Virus record (IMG/VR): IMGVR_UViG_3300017937_000001
Location: 1-45,781 of that record
Source: a virus
Taxonomy: Duplodnaviria > Caudoviricetes
DNA length: 45,781 nucleotides
Direction: 5' to 3' (one strand)
Notes under the pieces: generated by a model
Seen by the model: only the letters and a program-made list of their open reading frames with translations
What the model was told of the DNA's origin: nothing
Database searches by the model: none
Shown here: piece by piece, positions 25,219 to 33,916 of the stretch
Position numbering within the stretch: position 1 is the stretch's first letter
Layout of the letters: each line of letters begins with the position of its first letter
Made by a program: the position numbers and the translations under genes

Positions 25219-25298
25219 ACGTGACCGAGACCTGAAGTGCGGGCGGCGTGTGTCTCTCTTGCAAAGGGAAGTAGCCGCCAGCTGCGCACCGGTCACGT
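25219..25298 (-). ncRNA. Y-RNA-like 2 (minimal)
   Basis: Stem ACGTGACCG/CGGTCACGT; GGTGCGCAG...TACTTC; GGCGGC/GCCGCC inner stem. Confidence 0.7.
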
Positions 25299-25371
25299 CA
25301 AGTCTGTCTGCTAGGGCGTCACGTGCCCATCTCCGTTCTGCTCGTTCCTGACCTCTTCGGACGTCGCCAGG

Positions 25372-25516
25372 GCAGGAGGCTGTGACCTCATGCGGCTGGA
25401 GCGTGAAGGCAACTGCTCTCCCAACTGAGCTACCGTCCGATGAGCCGGACGGACAGGACTCGAACCTGCGACCCGTTGATTGAAGTAGCTCCCTGCCTTC
25501 GCATCAGCCCCGCTGC
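25372..25516 (-). ncRNA. yrlA: Y-RNA-like 1 (classical YrlA)
   Basis: GATGCGAAG...TACTTC; T arm GCAGG-TTCGAGT-CCTGT; closed acceptor CCGTCCG/CGGACGG; D arm GCTC-AGTTGGGA-GAGC; ends pair. Confidence 0.85.
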
Positions 25517-25531
25517 TTGCTGACGAGAACG

Positions 25532-25561
25532 ACTGTATCAGGGCCTCGCGAGCGCTGTCCA
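25532..25561 (-). promoter_or_regulatory. Promoter for the Y RNA/tRNA/Ro60 operon
   Basis: TGGACA-N18-TACAGT just upstream of Y1. Confidence 0.65.
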
Positions 25562-25602
25562 GTCGAAACTTGACCACATTTGAGCAGTCGTTGAACCTTG
25601 AT

Positions 25603-26385
25603 CTACACCTTTGGCCACTCGGTGGTCCACGCCCCGTCCACCACGGTGTAGTCCTCGAAGAGGAACGGCAGCTCCTCCCGCATGAGCTCACCCACCCGGT
25701 TGAAGACCAGCCGGATCTCCTCCTCAGCCCCGGGTGCGGTTCGAGCCTCCAGCACGTGACGGATGGTCCGCACGTTGGCGGTCCACACCAGGGTGGTGGC
25801 CACACCCTCCGGGGCGAACCGACGCATGAAGGAGGTCATGTGCTTCCTATAGGTGAACGAGGAGCCTTCGCCGTCAAGCTGCAGGTGATCAGCCAGCCAC
25901 GTTTGGAACGCCTCCAGCTGCTTGAGCATCTCCACAGCCTTGCCGTGAAGCACCTCATCGTCCTCCACCCAGTCCGGGAGCCAGAACGGCAGCTCTTCGA
26001 GCCGCACGAACCGCATCGACTCCTGGGAAACGGCGGCGCCCGCCCGGTGTCGCACCAGCTCGTGCGTCAGCACCCGGCTGACGTCCTGGAACACGAAGCT
26101 GTAGCTCGCGTGCTCCAGGACGGAACCGTGCCTGCTTGCGAGCACGTTCTGCAGGTACGCGTCCTGCTCGGTGCGGACCCGCGTGACGTTCGGGTTGAGC
26201 CCCGGCTCCCAGGAGCGGTAGCACACCCGTCCCGCCACCTCCACCAGGTCCTGACCCTCCGGGTTCGCTTCGTTGAGCCGGCGAAGCCACTCACGCCCAC
26301 CCACGGACGCCACGTACTCGCGGATCATCGCCACGTCGATCATCGGTCGGGCGATGAGCCTGACCTCAGGTGTAACCTGCCTCAC
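25603..26385 (-). CDS. thyX: Flavin-dependent thymidylate synthase
   Basis: HGSVLEH, THELVRHR...SQESMRF, AEEEIR. Confidence 0.95.
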   Translation of the reverse strand: MRQVTPEVRLIARPMIDVAMIREYVASVGGREWLRRLNEANPEGQDLVEVAGRVCYRSWEPGLNPNVTRVRTEQDAYLQNVLASRHGSVLEHASYSFVFQDVSRVLTHELVRHRAGAAVSQESMRFVRLEELPFWLPDWVEDDEVLHGKAVEMLKQLEAFQTWLADHLQLDGEGSSFTYRKHMTSFMRRFAPEGVATTLVWTANVRTIRHVLEARTAPGAEEEIRLVFNRVGELMREELPFLFEDYTVVDGAWTTEWPKV

Positions 26386-26442
26386 GTGTCACCTCTCAGG
26401 TGAGTTCTGCGTGCCTGTCAGCTGATTCTATACACGGGTAAG

Positions 26443-26471
26443 TGTACATCTGCGTGCACAGTTGGTAGGTT
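26443..26471 (+). promoter_or_regulatory. Promoter
   Basis: TGTACA-N17-TAGGTT. Confidence 0.6.
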
Positions 26472-26511
26472 CGTCACGTTCAGTTCGGAAGAGAGCAGGA
26501 AGGCACGACTG

Positions 26512-26703
26512 ATGATCCTCAAGCCCAACTCACTGGTCGTCGGCGACCGCGTGCGGCACGACCTCAGCAACAAGTGCGGCACCGTCACGGAGCTGTTCAC
26601 CGAGCGCGGTCACAAGGGCCTGCCGGTGGAGTACGCGAAGGTCAACTTCGACAACGACGGCTTCCCCGTGAAGCACGCGGTGGCCATGCTGACGAAGCTC
26701 TGA
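26512..26703 (+). CDS. Small SH3-like protein
   Basis: VGDRVRH...GTVTE. Confidence 0.65.
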   Translation: MILKPNSLVVGDRVRHDLSNKCGTVTELFTERGHKGLPVEYAKVNFDNDGFPVKHAVAMLTKL

Positions 26704-26710
26704 GAACTTG

Positions 26711-26739
26711 TGGACATTCCAGTCCCGACCTGGTAGACT
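26711..26739 (+). promoter_or_regulatory. Promoter
   Basis: TGGACA-N17-TAGACT. Confidence 0.65.
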
Positions 26740-26784
26740 GGGCACCTTAACGTCAGGAACGACCAGGAAGAGAGGTGAGCACAC

Positions 26785-27720
26785 GTGAGTGACGACGCGG
26801 TGAACGAGCTTGACAGGCTACTGCGTGTCGCGCTCGACGGAAACCTGGATGCGGCAGGTGCCACGCAGCTGCGAGACGAGGTCGCGCAGCTGCGCGCACG
26901 CCTGCGCGGTGAAGGGTCACTGCAGACCCGCTACCGCCGTACCGTGGCGCAGCTGCGAGACGCACGTGAGGCGCTGGAGACCCTGCGGGATCTCGCTGAC
27001 CGGTGGGAGAGCGTCGGTCCCGACGTGTTGACTCACCTGCCGACGATGGTGCACGCGCTGCACACACTCGCCGACCGTGGCACGCCCCCGGTGACGGATG
27101 AGCATCCGAGCGCGGAGGGGTGCCCGTTCTGCGACATCGTGGCGGGTCGAGGTCCGGCTGAGGTGATGCGTGAGTGGCCCGACAGCCTGATCATCAAGCC
27201 GCTGCGGCCGGTGACCGAGGGTCACGTGCTGGTGCTTCCGCGGGCGCACGTCACCGACCTCAGTGACGACCCGGTGGTAACCGGGGTTACCATGCGACAC
27301 GCGGCGGCGTACGCCGCTGAGTTGCCGGGGGCGCTGAACCTCATCACCGGCCGCGGCGGGGCGGCGGGTCAGTCGGTGTTCCACCTGCACGTGCACCTGG
27401 TGCCGCGTGCTTGGAACGACGGGTTGGCGCTGCCGTGGCACAGCGGCCGCGTGCCCACCTGGATGGCGCGAGCGCTGGTCAGCCGAGACAGGCACGCTCT
27501 CGGTACCCCGATGACCCTCCAGGAGGTGGCAACCGCGCTCAACTGCAGCTTCGCCTTCGTGGAGCGGCTCGTGGAGCGTGGGGACCTGCGCACGCACCGC
27601 ATCGACAGTCACGGTGACGTGTTCTTCGACACCGAGGTGTTGACGTACAGGGAACGAGACGACGCGCGTCGTCGTCAGGCCGCGGACGAGCTCACCCAGC
27701 TGGGTGAGGAGCTGTCGTGA
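26785..27720 (+). CDS. HIT hydrolase fused to an N-terminal coiled coil and a C-terminal excisionase-like HTH
   Basis: CPFCDI, GHVLVLPRAH, QSVFHLHVHLVPR; MTLQEVATALNCS...LVERGDL. Confidence 0.8.
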   Translation: MSDDAVNELDRLLRVALDGNLDAAGATQLRDEVAQLRARLRGEGSLQTRYRRTVAQLRDAREALETLRDLADRWESVGPDVLTHLPTMVHALHTLADRGTPPVTDEHPSAEGCPFCDIVAGRGPAEVMREWPDSLIIKPLRPVTEGHVLVLPRAHVTDLSDDPVVTGVTMRHAAAYAAELPGALNLITGRGGAAGQSVFHLHVHLVPRAWNDGLALPWHSGRVPTWMARALVSRDRHALGTPMTLQEVATALNCSFAFVERLVERGDLRTHRIDSHGDVFFDTEVLTYRERDDARRRQAADELTQLGEELS

Positions 27721-28112
27721 CCGCGCGACGACGGCGACTGCCGCCCATGCGCACCCGGAAGCGCGTGGAGAACGTGGGGGTGTGTCAGCTCGAGACGTGT
27801 GGCAAGGTCATGTACTCGTCTCGGGCAGACGCTCGCAAGGCCGCCAAGCTGCTCTTTCCCGGCGACCACCTGACCGCCTACCAGTGCGGCGACTTCTGGC
27901 ACTTTGGCCACGAGCCGCTGCGCGTCCTGCATGGCGAGGGCTGGGGTGGCGAGGATCGGCTGGAGAAGCTGGCAGAGCGGGTACGTGAGGAGACCGACAC
28001 GCCACCCATCGAGTGTGAGGGGTGCGGCGTGGAGGTCACCTGGACACGAGGTAACGGCTACGCACACGAGTGCGAGGTCGTGGGCATCGAGGACGAGAGT
28101 GAGGGACGCTGA
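27717..28112 (+). CDS. Hypothetical Zn-binding protein
   Basis: CGK..Y..AYQC..WHFGH. Confidence 0.6.
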   Translation: MTARRRRLPPMRTRKRVENVGVCQLETCGKVMYSSRADARKAAKLLFPGDHLTAYQCGDFWHFGHEPLRVLHGEGWGGEDRLEKLAERVREETDTPPIECEGCGVEVTWTRGNGYAHECEVVGIEDESEGR

Positions 28113-28324
28113 TGGCCAGGAAGGAGACGTACAACGCCGCCAACGACGGCTTCAAGAGCTACGGCGTGAGAGTGAAGCTGACGTGTGGCTGCACGTTCCC
28201 GTCACGTACGCGTCCGATGAACGCGAAGACCACCTACCCGTGCCGTTCCGGGGTGGGTCACGGCTACAACGTGGGGTGGGTCTCGTGGACTGAGGGCGAC
28301 CAGAGCGGTGAGAACGGTGGGTAG
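28112..28324 (+). CDS. Hypothetical protein
   Basis: TGATG overlap. Confidence 0.55.
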   Translation: MARKETYNAANDGFKSYGVRVKLTCGCTFPSRTRPMNAKTTYPCRSGVGHGYNVGWVSWTEGDQSGENGG

Positions 28325-28670
28325 ACGGTTGCGACAGGCGTTCAAGTACGGCTACTTCCGCGGCATGTCCCCGTTGTGTGCCATCCGGCTACGGGAGTAT
28401 CCGGAGCTGCGGAAGCCCATCAGTGAGATGGACCGCGGTGAGCTTGAGGACGCGCAGCACCAGTGGTCGTACGGCGGCAGCCAGGTGATGCAGCGGTGCT
28501 GGGAGGGCGACTGCCGCGCGGTTCGCCCGGTGCCGATGCACGGCTACACCGCGGAGGACCAGAACTTCATCCTGACCACCTTCTACCGGTGGATGCAGGG
28601 TGAGGTCGGGCCGCCGCTGCCGGACGGTCAGGTCATGCGTCACGTCGGTGAGCTGAGGCAGACGACGTGA
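28308..28670 (+). CDS. Hypothetical protein
   Basis: In the operon. Confidence 0.55.
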   Translation: MRTVGRRLRQAFKYGYFRGMSPLCAIRLREYPELRKPISEMDRGELEDAQHQWSYGGSQVMQRCWEGDCRAVRPVPMHGYTAEDQNFILTTFYRWMQGEVGPPLPDGQVMRHVGELRQTT

Positions 28671-29041
28671 CCAGGGCACCCGACCCAACGACCAACACCG
28701 GCGGCACCTGTGACGGCTGCGGCACGCAGCTGCCGTGGGGTGGCACGGGTTGGGTGCCGCACACAAACGAGTACCACGCCGCCCGTCGCGTGATGACGCT
28801 GCGGGCGGCGCACTTCGGCCTGCTGGAGCGCCTCGGCACCCGGCTGGGCCATCACGTGCAGCTGCGCTTCACCGCCGACGTGGCGTGGACGGAGTGCCTC
28901 GGGTGCACGTGGAGCGGGGCGTGGGTGCCCGGCTCCGCGGCGGCGCGCCTGGTCGGGCGTCTTCACCTCGTGGAGGCGGGCCGAGCGTGGGTGCACAAGC
29001 AGGAACCAGGAAACGTTTCACCGACGAAGGGAAGCACGTGA
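28667..29041 (+). CDS. Hypothetical protein
   Basis: GTGA overlaps. Confidence 0.55.
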   Translation: MTRAPDPTTNTGGTCDGCGTQLPWGGTGWVPHTNEYHAARRVMTLRAAHFGLLERLGTRLGHHVQLRFTADVAWTECLGCTWSGAWVPGSAAARLVGRLHLVEAGRAWVHKQEPGNVSPTKGST

Positions 29042-30084
29042 GCATCAGCAAGCAGCGACAGAACATCATCAACCACGTGGCACTCGTGCTGGACGCGTCC
29101 GGCTCCATGAGCCGGCACCAGGGCAGCGTGGTGAAGGTCACCGACGAGCTCGTGGCGCACCTGGCCAAGCGTTCCAAGGAGATGGACCAGGAGACGCGCG
29201 TCACCGTCTACATCTTCGACGACACGGTGCAGTGCGTGATCTACGACAAGGACGCGCTGCGGCTGCCGTCCATCAAGTCGCACTACCGGATCGGCGGCAT
29301 GACCGCGCTGCGTGACGCCACCATGACCGCCATCGAGGACCTCGCGCACACCTGGGAGGGCTACGGCGACCACTCCTTCCTGCTCTACGTGATCACCGAC
29401 GGGCACGAGAACCAGAGCCGTCGGTGGAGCCAAGAGCAGCTGCAGGAGCGGCTGCGTGAGCTGCCGGACCACTGGACGCTCGGCGCCCTGGTGCCGGACG
29501 CCGGCAGCGTGCACGAGGCCAAGCGTCAGGGCTTCGCCGCCGGCAACGTCGCCGTGTGGAACACCACGAGCGACACCGGCGTGGAGGAGGTCGGCAGGGT
29601 CATCCAGGCAGCCACCAACACCTACATGGCCTCCCGCGCCAGCGGCGTGCGTGGCACGAAGTCCCTCTTCACCATCGACGCGAACGCGCTGACCGCCGAG
29701 GCGGTCAAGGCGGCCAACCTCACGCCGATGGACCCGAGCGAGTACGTGCTCATCCCGGTGCCGGCCGACCAGCGCATCGACGAGTTCGTGCGGCAGTGCG
29801 CGCCGAGCTACAACCTCGGCAAGGCCTTCTACCAGCTCAACTCCGGCCGCAAGCCGAAGGGCCGCGCCGGCGTGATCGTCCAGGGCAACAAGCAGGTCAT
29901 CGTCGTCGAGAAGGCCACCAACAGGGCGTACAGCGGCGCCGCCGCCCGGCAGCTCATCGGACTGCCGGAGTACGAGGTGACCGTGGACCCGATGAAGCTG
30001 AACGCGGACTACGACGTCTACGTGCAGTCCACGTCCATCAACCGCAAGCTGTTCGCCGGCACGAAGCTGCTGATGCTGCGGTGA
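29038..30084 (+). CDS. vWA domain protein with C-terminal extension
   Basis: LVLDASGSM, GMTALRDA, VITDGHENQS; start GTG 29038. Confidence 0.85.
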   Translation: MSISKQRQNIINHVALVLDASGSMSRHQGSVVKVTDELVAHLAKRSKEMDQETRVTVYIFDDTVQCVIYDKDALRLPSIKSHYRIGGMTALRDATMTAIEDLAHTWEGYGDHSFLLYVITDGHENQSRRWSQEQLQERLRELPDHWTLGALVPDAGSVHEAKRQGFAAGNVAVWNTTSDTGVEEVGRVIQAATNTYMASRASGVRGTKSLFTIDANALTAEAVKAANLTPMDPSEYVLIPVPADQRIDEFVRQCAPSYNLGKAFYQLNSGRKPKGRAGVIVQGNKQVIVVEKATNRAYSGAAARQLIGLPEYEVTVDPMKLNADYDVYVQSTSINRKLFAGTKLLMLR

Positions 30085-30470
30085 ACGAGACGCCGCTCGC
30101 CAGGGCCTGGCGCCTGACGTACCCGTGGCTCGCCACAGTCGTCAGCCTGGTTCTGGTGGTCCTCGTGGTCGCGCTCGCCCTCGGGCGGGCGCGGCCGCGC
30201 GGGGACGTGCCTGGAAAGCCACCCGCGGTGACTGAGGTTGCCTCACCCGCGTCCGGGGTGACCAGCACCTCGGGCGCCTCACCGTCCCCCTCAGCGTCAC
30301 TGAGCGTCACCGGAGACTGCCGGGCGGCCGTCGACTCCCTGGTCGTCTGGGTGCTGAACGACGGCACACCCCCGAGCCACGTCCCGGACGCGTGCGCCTA
30401 CCTGCCGGTGACGCAGTATCACGCGGTGTGGGCCGAGGAGACGCGTGACGTGGCGCGTGAGTCACGTTGA
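30081..30470 (+). CDS. Membrane-anchored protein
   Basis: N-terminal TM, Ser/Pro linker. Confidence 0.6.
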   Translation: MNETPLARAWRLTYPWLATVVSLVLVVLVVALALGRARPRGDVPGKPPAVTEVASPASGVTSTSGASPSPSASLSVTGDCRAAVDSLVVWVLNDGTPPSHVPDACAYLPVTQYHAVWAEETRDVARESR

Positions 30471-30488
30471 GAACCTGCGACGAGGGTG

Positions 30489-30517
30489 TTTACACTCTCG
30501 TCGCAGGCTGGTAGCCT
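30489..30517 (+). promoter_or_regulatory. Promoter
   Basis: TTTACA-N17-TAGCCT. Confidence 0.65.
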
Positions 30518-30542
30518 GAGAACGAGGAACGAGGAGGAAGAG

Positions 30543-31082
30543 ATGAGTGAGCTTCATCACGTGGTGGGAGACGCCACCAGGCCGGCCAGGGAGGCCGACG
30601 AGACGGTGATCATCGCCCACGTCGTCAACGACGTCGGAGCGTGGGGACGCGGCTTCGTCGTGGCGTTGTCCAGCTGGGACGACAACCCGGAGCGTCAGTA
30701 CCGCCGGTGGGCGACGGGCGGTTTCACCACCGACGCGCCCTTCGAGCTGGGCAGGATGCAGCTCTGCCGCTTCGGACCCTCGGCTGACCGGGTCTGGGTC
30801 GCCAACCTGGTTGCTCAGCGGGGCTGGCGACGCGGGGGAGACGACCCCCAGGCCCTCGACCCCGAGGCGCTGAGAACCTGCCTGAGGCGTCTGAGGAACG
30901 TCCTCCCGGACCTCAGCCGACCCACCGGCTCGCCGGTTCCGCGCGTCGTCATGCCCAGGATCGGCTGCGGCCTCGGCGGCGCCAGCTGGGTAGACGTGGA
31001 GCCGGTGATCCGGGGGGAGCTGGTGACCCACGACGTCGACGTGACGGTGTACTCGCTGCCCGGGGAGCGGTGGGACGACTGA
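30543..31082 (+). CDS. Macro domain protein (Poa1p/TARG1/DarG-like)
   Basis: GDAT, IAHVVNDVGAWGRGF, MPRIGCGLGGASW. Confidence 0.88.
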   Translation: MSELHHVVGDATRPAREADETVIIAHVVNDVGAWGRGFVVALSSWDDNPERQYRRWATGGFTTDAPFELGRMQLCRFGPSADRVWVANLVAQRGWRRGGDDPQALDPEALRTCLRRLRNVLPDLSRPTGSPVPRVVMPRIGCGLGGASWVDVEPVIRGELVTHDVDVTVYSLPGERWDD

Positions 31083-31525
31083 TGCAGACGTTTGTGCCCT
31101 ATGAGGACCACGCCCGCACCGCACGCGCCCTCGACCGGCTGCGGCTCGGCAAGCAGCGCGTGGAGTGCAAGCAGATCCTGCGGGCGCTGGCCGGCGACAC
31201 CACCGGCTGGGTCAACCACCCCGCGACGCGCATGTGGCGAGGACACGAGCGGGCGCTGTGTGACTACGCGGCGGTGATCTGCGTCGAGTGGCTGTCACGC
31301 GGCTACCGAGACAGCCTGCTGCCGTGGTTCACGGAGATGCGAGAGCGGCTCCCCGAGGCGAGCGCTCAGCCACCCACGTGGTGGGGACGCGCCGAGGTTC
31401 ACGCCAGCCACCAGGCGCGTCTGCTCGCCAAGCACGAGACGCACTACCGCGCGGCGTTCAACCTCGGTGACGACGAGGTGTCTCACCTGCTCACGTCTCA
31501 CCCGGCGTACGTGTGGCCGGCTTGA
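31082..31525 (+). CDS. Pyrimidine-dimer DNA glycosylase/DenV-like protein (MSMEG_6728-like)
   Basis: MQTFVP, LDRLRLGKQRVECKQIL, HPATRMWRGHE, HASHQARLLAK, YVWP. Confidence 0.88.
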   Translation: MQTFVPYEDHARTARALDRLRLGKQRVECKQILRALAGDTTGWVNHPATRMWRGHERALCDYAAVICVEWLSRGYRDSLLPWFTEMRERLPEASAQPPTWWGRAEVHASHQARLLAKHETHYRAAFNLGDDEVSHLLTSHPAYVWPA

Positions 31526-31542
31526 CGAGGGTGAGTCAGGTG

Positions 31543-31571
31543 TTTACAACTTGACCCGCGTCTGGTAGGGT
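31543..31571 (+). promoter_or_regulatory. Promoter
   Basis: TTTACA-N17-TAGGGT with GCAGGAACAGGAAC leader. Confidence 0.65.
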
Positions 31572-31617
31572 AAACCCAGTCAGGCAGGAACAGGAACGAG
31601 AGGAAGCGAGACCAGGC

Positions 31618-31953
31618 ATGCGACGTCGCATGAAGGGACCCCCGACGGTCCAGCCGGGTGACCCGTTCTACTGGAACTACGTGGTCGGGGTGAACATCCG
31701 TCGCGTCCGCGTGGCGCGCGGCCTCACCCAGGCGCAGCTCGCGGGGCTGATGACGTCGGTGGGTGACGTCCTCAGCGCGGTCGCCATCTCCAACCTGGAG
31801 ATGCACACGATGAACCCCGACAACGTCAACCGGGTCACCCCGCGCACCTCGATGCCGGTGGACCGGCTGATGGCGCTCGCCCGGGCGCTCGGCACCACCT
31901 ACCTCGACCTGCTGCGGGAGGACACCCTCCCCGGCGCGGCGAGGAAGCGGTGA
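31618..31953 (+). CDS. XRE-family HTH protein
   Basis: NIRRVRVARGLTQAQLA...ISNLE. Confidence 0.85.
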   Translation: MRRRMKGPPTVQPGDPFYWNYVVGVNIRRVRVARGLTQAQLAGLMTSVGDVLSAVAISNLEMHTMNPDNVNRVTPRTSMPVDRLMALARALGTTYLDLLREDTLPGAARKR

Positions 31954-32243
31954 GTCGGCTGCCCCACGTCGGGGACGTCGTGGGGATCACCCTCGCACCC
32001 GAGGGCGCCGAGGAGGTCCAGGTGGTGGCGCTCGTCGTCGCCACCCGGCTCAAGGGGCACGTGCTCACCGTCTTCGGGGACGACGTGCCCACCCCCGACC
32101 TGCGGGCGGAGCTGCTCGCGGAGGACGTGACCGTGCTGCGGCGCCCGCCGGCACGTCACGAGGTGCTGAACGAGCGGGCGCTGGCGGCCCAGGAGGGCGC
32201 GTGGACCGGCTCACTGCTGGTCCCCGGCCCGCCCGGGGAGTGA
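31950..32243 (+). CDS. Hypothetical protein
   Basis: GTGA overlap. Confidence 0.55.
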   Translation: MSRLPHVGDVVGITLAPEGAEEVQVVALVVATRLKGHVLTVFGDDVPTPDLRAELLAEDVTVLRRPPARHEVLNERALAAQEGAWTGSLLVPGPPGE

Positions 32244-32261
32244 GAGAAGAGGAGGCAGGAA

Positions 32262-32498
32262 GTGGCAGGTGGGGAGCGGGTGCCCAGGCAGCGGTGGCGA
32301 CCGGAGGCGATGGTCGCCGCGCAGCTCAAGCAGCTGGACGGGGTCGCGGTGACGGTGGAGGGCGGCCAGCTGGTCGCCACCGTCGCCCCCGGTCAGGTCA
32401 GCACCCAGACGCAGAGGCTGCGGGACGTCCTGCGGCAGCTGGTCAGCGAGCAGAGCGTCCAGGACATGCTGGCGCTCGTGACGTGGAGGACGACGTGA
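32262..32498 (+). CDS. Hypothetical protein
   Basis: GGAGG RBS. Confidence 0.55.
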   Translation: MAGGERVPRQRWRPEAMVAAQLKQLDGVAVTVEGGQLVATVAPGQVSTQTQRLRDVLRQLVSEQSVQDMLALVTWRTT

Positions 32499-32704
32499 GC
32501 GGGGAGTGGCGGGCGCAGGTCCGCGACGCGAGCAGCGAGGTGCTGGTGACCCTCACCAGCACCCGCAGCCTCAGGCAGGTGCGGGCGGCGGCTGAGGCTG
32601 CGGTGCCCAGGTACCCCCGCGCCCGGGAGGTCGCGCTGCACGAGCGGGTGGGTCCCGGCTGGGCGCACCTCGAGACCCTCCCGGTGGGCGGGTCCGGTGC
32701 CTGA
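32495..32704 (+). CDS. Hypothetical protein
   Basis: GGAGG RBS, GTGA overlap. Confidence 0.55.
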   Translation: MSGEWRAQVRDASSEVLVTLTSTRSLRQVRAAAEAAVPRYPRAREVALHERVGPGWAHLETLPVGGSGA

Positions 32705-33434
32705 GGAGGGTGCGAGTGAGGACCGCGGCCGCGTCGGGGAAGCCTACGACGCGGCCGCGGCCGCGCTGCGCACGGTGGGCTGGGACGCCGACGAGGTCTG
32801 TCGCGTGATGACGCGGCTCGCGGAGAGCACCTCTCAGCTCGGGCAGACGCTGCGAGAGATGCAGCGTCAGCGCGACGAGGAGCGAGCGCGGCTGCAGGCG
32901 CTCGCCCGCGAGGCGGAGAGGCGGCGTCGCCGGGTGCGGTACCCGTTCCGGGGGCAGACCCCCGGCGGGATGTGGGTGGACGAGGTGGCCGACGTACCCG
33001 TGCCGGGTGTCGTGACGCTGGAGCCGCCGGCGGAGGGACGCCTGCACAGCCTCGTGACGCTGCCCAACCCGTTCCTGGGGTGCGACACCTGCCACCGCCA
33101 GGTCACCGCGTGGCACAACCCCGAGCGGTGCCCCTGGTGCCTGGGGCACGGCTGGGCCAGGCTCAGCGCCGGCCCCAACTGGTGGAACGCGCCGTGTGGC
33201 CACACCGACGGCGTGAGCAGCGACTGCCCGTCCTGGGACCTCCGGCACGGGTGCATGTGCGTGGCGTCCGGCTGGTCGTCGCGGCGGTGCGTGCCGCCAC
33301 CGTCGCGCGAGCGCGGGGAGCTGAGCGTCGCGACGGCGGTCGGCGGGGCGGAGGCCCGGCTGCGGGTGGTCACGGGGACGTGGGTCGGGGAGAGCGAGAC
33401 GGGCGAGAGCGAGGCGGGTGAGGACGGTGAGTGA
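32697..33434 (+). CDS. Hypothetical protein (coiled coil plus Cys-rich region)
   Basis: 245 aa. Confidence 0.55.
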   Translation: MPEEGASEDRGRVGEAYDAAAAALRTVGWDADEVCRVMTRLAESTSQLGQTLREMQRQRDEERARLQALAREAERRRRRVRYPFRGQTPGGMWVDEVADVPVPGVVTLEPPAEGRLHSLVTLPNPFLGCDTCHRQVTAWHNPERCPWCLGHGWARLSAGPNWWNAPCGHTDGVSSDCPSWDLRHGCMCVASGWSSRRCVPPPSRERGELSVATAVGGAEARLRVVTGTWVGESETGESEAGEDGE

Positions 33435-33792
33435 CGGGCTGGGCATCGGCGCGGGCTACCCGGAGGGGGACGACGCCGGCGAGGATGACTGGGCCACCGG
33501 ACACTACGACCTGTGGGCCGGGGACGACGGGTCGCTGCTGCGGACCCACGGCCGGGACGTGTGCGCGGGTGACCCGTGTCCCCTGCACCTGCCGGGGTCG
33601 CACCACATGCGACGCTGGCGGCTGCGGCTGCGACGGGAGGCCGCCTTCCCCGCGGAGCGTCTCTGCCCGCACGGGCACTGGCACCCCGACCCGGACGACC
33701 AGGCCTTCCGCCTGACGCGCCTGGGCCGTCGTCGCGTCTGCGAGGGGTGCGACGGGTGCTGTGCGGACCCACAGGACGGGTGGACCGCGTGA
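33427..33792 (+). CDS. Cys/His-rich phage protein
   Basis: CPLH...ERLCPHGHWHPDPD...CDGCC. Confidence 0.7.
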   Translation: MSDGLGIGAGYPEGDDAGEDDWATGHYDLWAGDDGSLLRTHGRDVCAGDPCPLHLPGSHHMRRWRLRLRREAAFPAERLCPHGHWHPDPDDQAFRLTRLGRRRVCEGCDGCCADPQDGWTA

Positions 33793-33916
33793 CGAGAGTG
33801 GGAGAGGTGGCGAGTGAGGTGCGAGGATACGCGGCGAAGCTGCGACACGTCTGGCGACACAACTGCACGTGCTGCTGGGAGGGCCGACTGCTTAGGCGGG
33901 TGAGGGGGTGGCTTCG

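Noticed and set aside
25305-25371. Seventh Y-like RNA
   Set aside because: It has an imperfect terminal stem and GTCCGAAG but lacks the TACTTC motif shared by the other six.
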